From Myxococcota bacterium (GTDB taxonomy: Bacteria > Myxococcota_A > UBA9042 > PHBI01 > JAWLBL01), in the NCBI GenBank assembly GCA_041687695.1, contig JAWLBL010000008.1, forward strand, positions 128,001 to 192,000: a DNA stretch of 64,000 nt, in the 5' to 3' direction. The notes under the pieces were generated by a model, which saw nothing but the letters and a program-made list of their open reading frames with translations, made no database searches and was not told the DNA's origin. Shown here in pieces: positions 61,932-64,000 of the stretch. The position numbers and the translations under genes were made by a program. How positions within the stretch are numbered: position 1 is the stretch's first letter; every line of letters begins with the position of its first letter.

Positions 61932-62732
61932 TCAGGAGAAGCTGTGCTCGGGGCCGGGGTACTCGCCGGCCTTGACCTCGGCCACGTAGCGGCGGGTGGC
62001 CTCGCGCACGTCCTGGGCCTGCGTGGCGTAGCGCTTGAGGAACTTGGGCGAGAACTGGTCGGTCAGGCCGAGCAGATCGTAGCAGACCAGGACCTGGCCG
62101 GCGCAGTGGACCCCGGCGCCGATGCCGATGGTGGGGATGCGCAGCGTCTCGGTGACGCGCCGCGACAGCTCGGCCGGCGTCAGCTCGAGCACGAGGGCGA
62201 AGCAGCCGGCGTCCTGCAGCAGCTGCGCGTCCGCGACGAGCTGGTCGGCGGCCTGGGCCTCGCGCCCCTGGACCTTGAAGCCGCCGAAGACGTTGACCGA
62301 CTGCGGGGTCAGCCCCAGGTGGCCCACGACCGGGATGCCGGCGTCGACCATCGCGCGCGCGGCCTCGGCGGAGCGGGCGCCCCCTTCGAGCTTGACCGCC
62401 TGGCAGCCGCCCTCGGCCATCAGGCGCCCGGCGTTGCGCACGGCCTCGGAGACCGAGACCTGGTACGACATGAAGGGCAGGTCGCCCACGACCATCGCCC
62501 GCTGGCTGCCGCGGACGACGGCCTGCACGTGGTAGACCATCTGATCCATGGTGACCGGCAGGGTCGAGTCGTGGCCCTGCACGACCATGCCCAGCGAGTC
62601 GCCGACCAGCAGCATGTCGGCGCCGGCCTCGTCGATGAGGCGCGCGAAGGTGGCGTCGTAGGCCGTGACCATGGCGATGCGCTCGCCCGCGGCCGCCAGC
62701 TTCAGGATGTCGAGGGTCGTCCGTCGCTTCAT
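61932..62732 (-). CDS. panB: 3-methyl-2-oxobutanoate hydroxymethyltransferase
   Basis: [37 protein letters not shown]. Confidence 0.97.
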   Translation of the reverse strand: MKRRTTLDILKLAAAGERIAMVTAYDATFARLIDEAGADMLLVGDSLGMVVQGHDSTLPVTMDQMVYHVQAVVRGSQRAMVVGDLPFMSYQVSVSEAVRNAGRLMAEGGCQAVKLEGGARSAEAARAMVDAGIPVVGHLGLTPQSVNVFGGFKVQGREAQAADQLVADAQLLQDAGCFALVLELTPAELSRRVTETLRIPTIGIGAGVHCAGQVLVCYDLLGLTDQFSPKFLKRYATQAQDVREATRRYVAEVKAGEYPGPEHSFS

Positions 62733-62851
62733 GCCGGTGGCGCTTACCAGCATCGCGCCCGCGATGGCAACAACCGGTTGGGCCGGGGGGCGCGGGGCGT
62801 CGGGCCGGCCGCCGCGGGAATCGGCCCTTCCCGCGCGGGTTGGGCTGGGCT

Positions 62852-64000
62852 ATGAACCCGGCCATGCCAAGCTCCAGCCCCCACCGGGACGGCGACCGCG
62901 ACGCGGTCCTCGTCAGCCCCCTGCGCACCCCCATCGGCCGCTTCGGCGGCGCCCTGGCCGCGGTGCGCCCCGACGATCTGCTGGCCCACGTGTTCCAGGC
63001 CGTCGTGGCGCGCAGCGGCGTCGACCCGGCGGCCATCGACGACGTCCTCGCCGGCTGCGCCAACCAGGCGGGCGAGGACAACCGCAACGTCGCGCGCATG
63101 GCCGCCCTGCTGGCCGGCCTGCCGCAGTCGGTGCCCGGGGTGACGGTCAACCGGCTGTGCGCGTCGAGCCTCGAGGCCGTCAACATGGCCGCGCGGGCGG
63201 TCTGGGCGGGCGACGCCGACGTCCTGCTCGTGGGCGGCGTCGAGTCCATGTCGCGCGCGCCCTACAGCGTGCCGCGCAACGCCACCGGCGCGCCCTCGTT
63301 CGGCAACCTGGTCGCCTACGACACGGCGCTGGGCTGGCGCTACCCGAACCCGCGCATGGAGGCCCGGTTCCCGCTCGAGGCGATGGGCTGCACGGCCGAG
63401 AACCTGGCCGAGCAGCGCGAGATCGCCCGCGCCGATCAGGACGCCTTCGCCCTGGCCAGCCACCGCAAGGCCATCGAGGCCCAGCGGACCGGCGCCTTCG
63501 ACGCCGAGCTCGTCCCTGTGGTCATCCCACAGCGCAAGGGCGATCCCATCGTCGTCGCGGCCGACGAGCAGCCCCGCCCGGACACCAGCCTGGACAAGCT
63601 CGCGCGCCTGGGCGCCGCCTTCCGCAAGGGCGGCTCGGTCACGGCCGGCAACAGCTCGACCCTGAACGACGGGGCCGCCGCGATGCTCGTCTGCTCGGCG
63701 CGCGCCGCCCGCGAGCGCGGCCTGACGCCGCTCGCCCGGATCGTCGCCACCGGCACCGCCGGCGTGGACCCGACGATCATGGGCATCGGGCCGGTCCCCG
63801 CCGCGCGCAAGGCGCTGGCCAAGGCCGGCTGGGCCGTCGGCGACCTCGATCTGGTCGAGCTCAACGAGGCCTTCGCCGCGCAGTCGCTGGCCGTCATCCG
63901 CGAGCTGGGCCTGGACGAGGCCCGGGTCAACGTCAACGGCGGCGCGATCGCGTTGGGGCACCCGCTGGGCATGTCCGGCGCCCGCGTCCTGGTCACCCTG
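62852..64000 (+). CDS. thiolase (acetyl-CoA acyltransferase, PcaF/PaaJ-like), runs off the window
   Basis: Translated by hand (absent from the ORF track): [43 protein letters not shown]. Start at 62852 or 62864. Confidence 0.92.
   Translation, partial: MNPAMPSSSPHRDGDRDAVLVSPLRTPIGRFGGALAAVRPDDLLAHVFQAVVARSGVDPAAIDDVLAGCANQAGEDNRNVARMAALLAGLPQSVPGVTVNRLCASSLEAVNMAARAVWAGDADVLLVGGVESMSRAPYSVPRNATGAPSFGNLVAYDTALGWRYPNPRMEARFPLEAMGCTAENLAEQREIARADQDAFALASHRKAIEAQRTGAFDAELVPVVIPQRKGDPIVVAADEQPRPDTSLDKLARLGAAFRKGGSVTAGNSSTLNDGAAAMLVCSARAARERGLTPLARIVATGTAGVDPTIMGIGPVPAARKALAKAGWAVGDLDLVELNEAFAAQSLAVIRELGLDEARVNVNGGAIALGHPLGMSGARVLVTL

Overview
Very GC-rich chromosomal segment, most likely from a myxobacterium (Myxococcota), judged from Glt-type gliding genes, MYXO-CTERM-like tails, eukaryote-like Ser/Thr kinases and Cys-rich surface lipoproteins. 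About 48 credible CDSs. Housekeeping genes: recN, rph, transaldolase, rpsP-khpA-rimM-trmD-SPOUT MTase-rplS-rnhB-yraN, selA, rluD, panB, panC and a thiolase. Envelope and signalling genes: a gltC-D-E-F-G cluster with a nearby CglC/GltK-like lipoprotein, tandem matrixins, a DUF3857 transglutaminase pair, SpoIID/LytB, HtrA, a histidine kinase, a kinase and a pseudokinase, and a Ktr K+ uptake system. A lone PEP mutase-nucleotidyltransferase fusion points to phosphonate biosynthesis. No rRNA, tRNA, CRISPR or transposase was recognised. The most unusual signals are non-coding. First, a dispersed ~50-bp double-hairpin element with compensatory stem changes (6 copies at 3 loci). Second, two ~41-43-bp-period arrays near those elements, one beside an orphan gene inserted in the ktr operon. 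Third, a less GC-rich island with DnaA-box-like motifs between convergent genes. All calls come from motif recognition by eye; no database searches were run.
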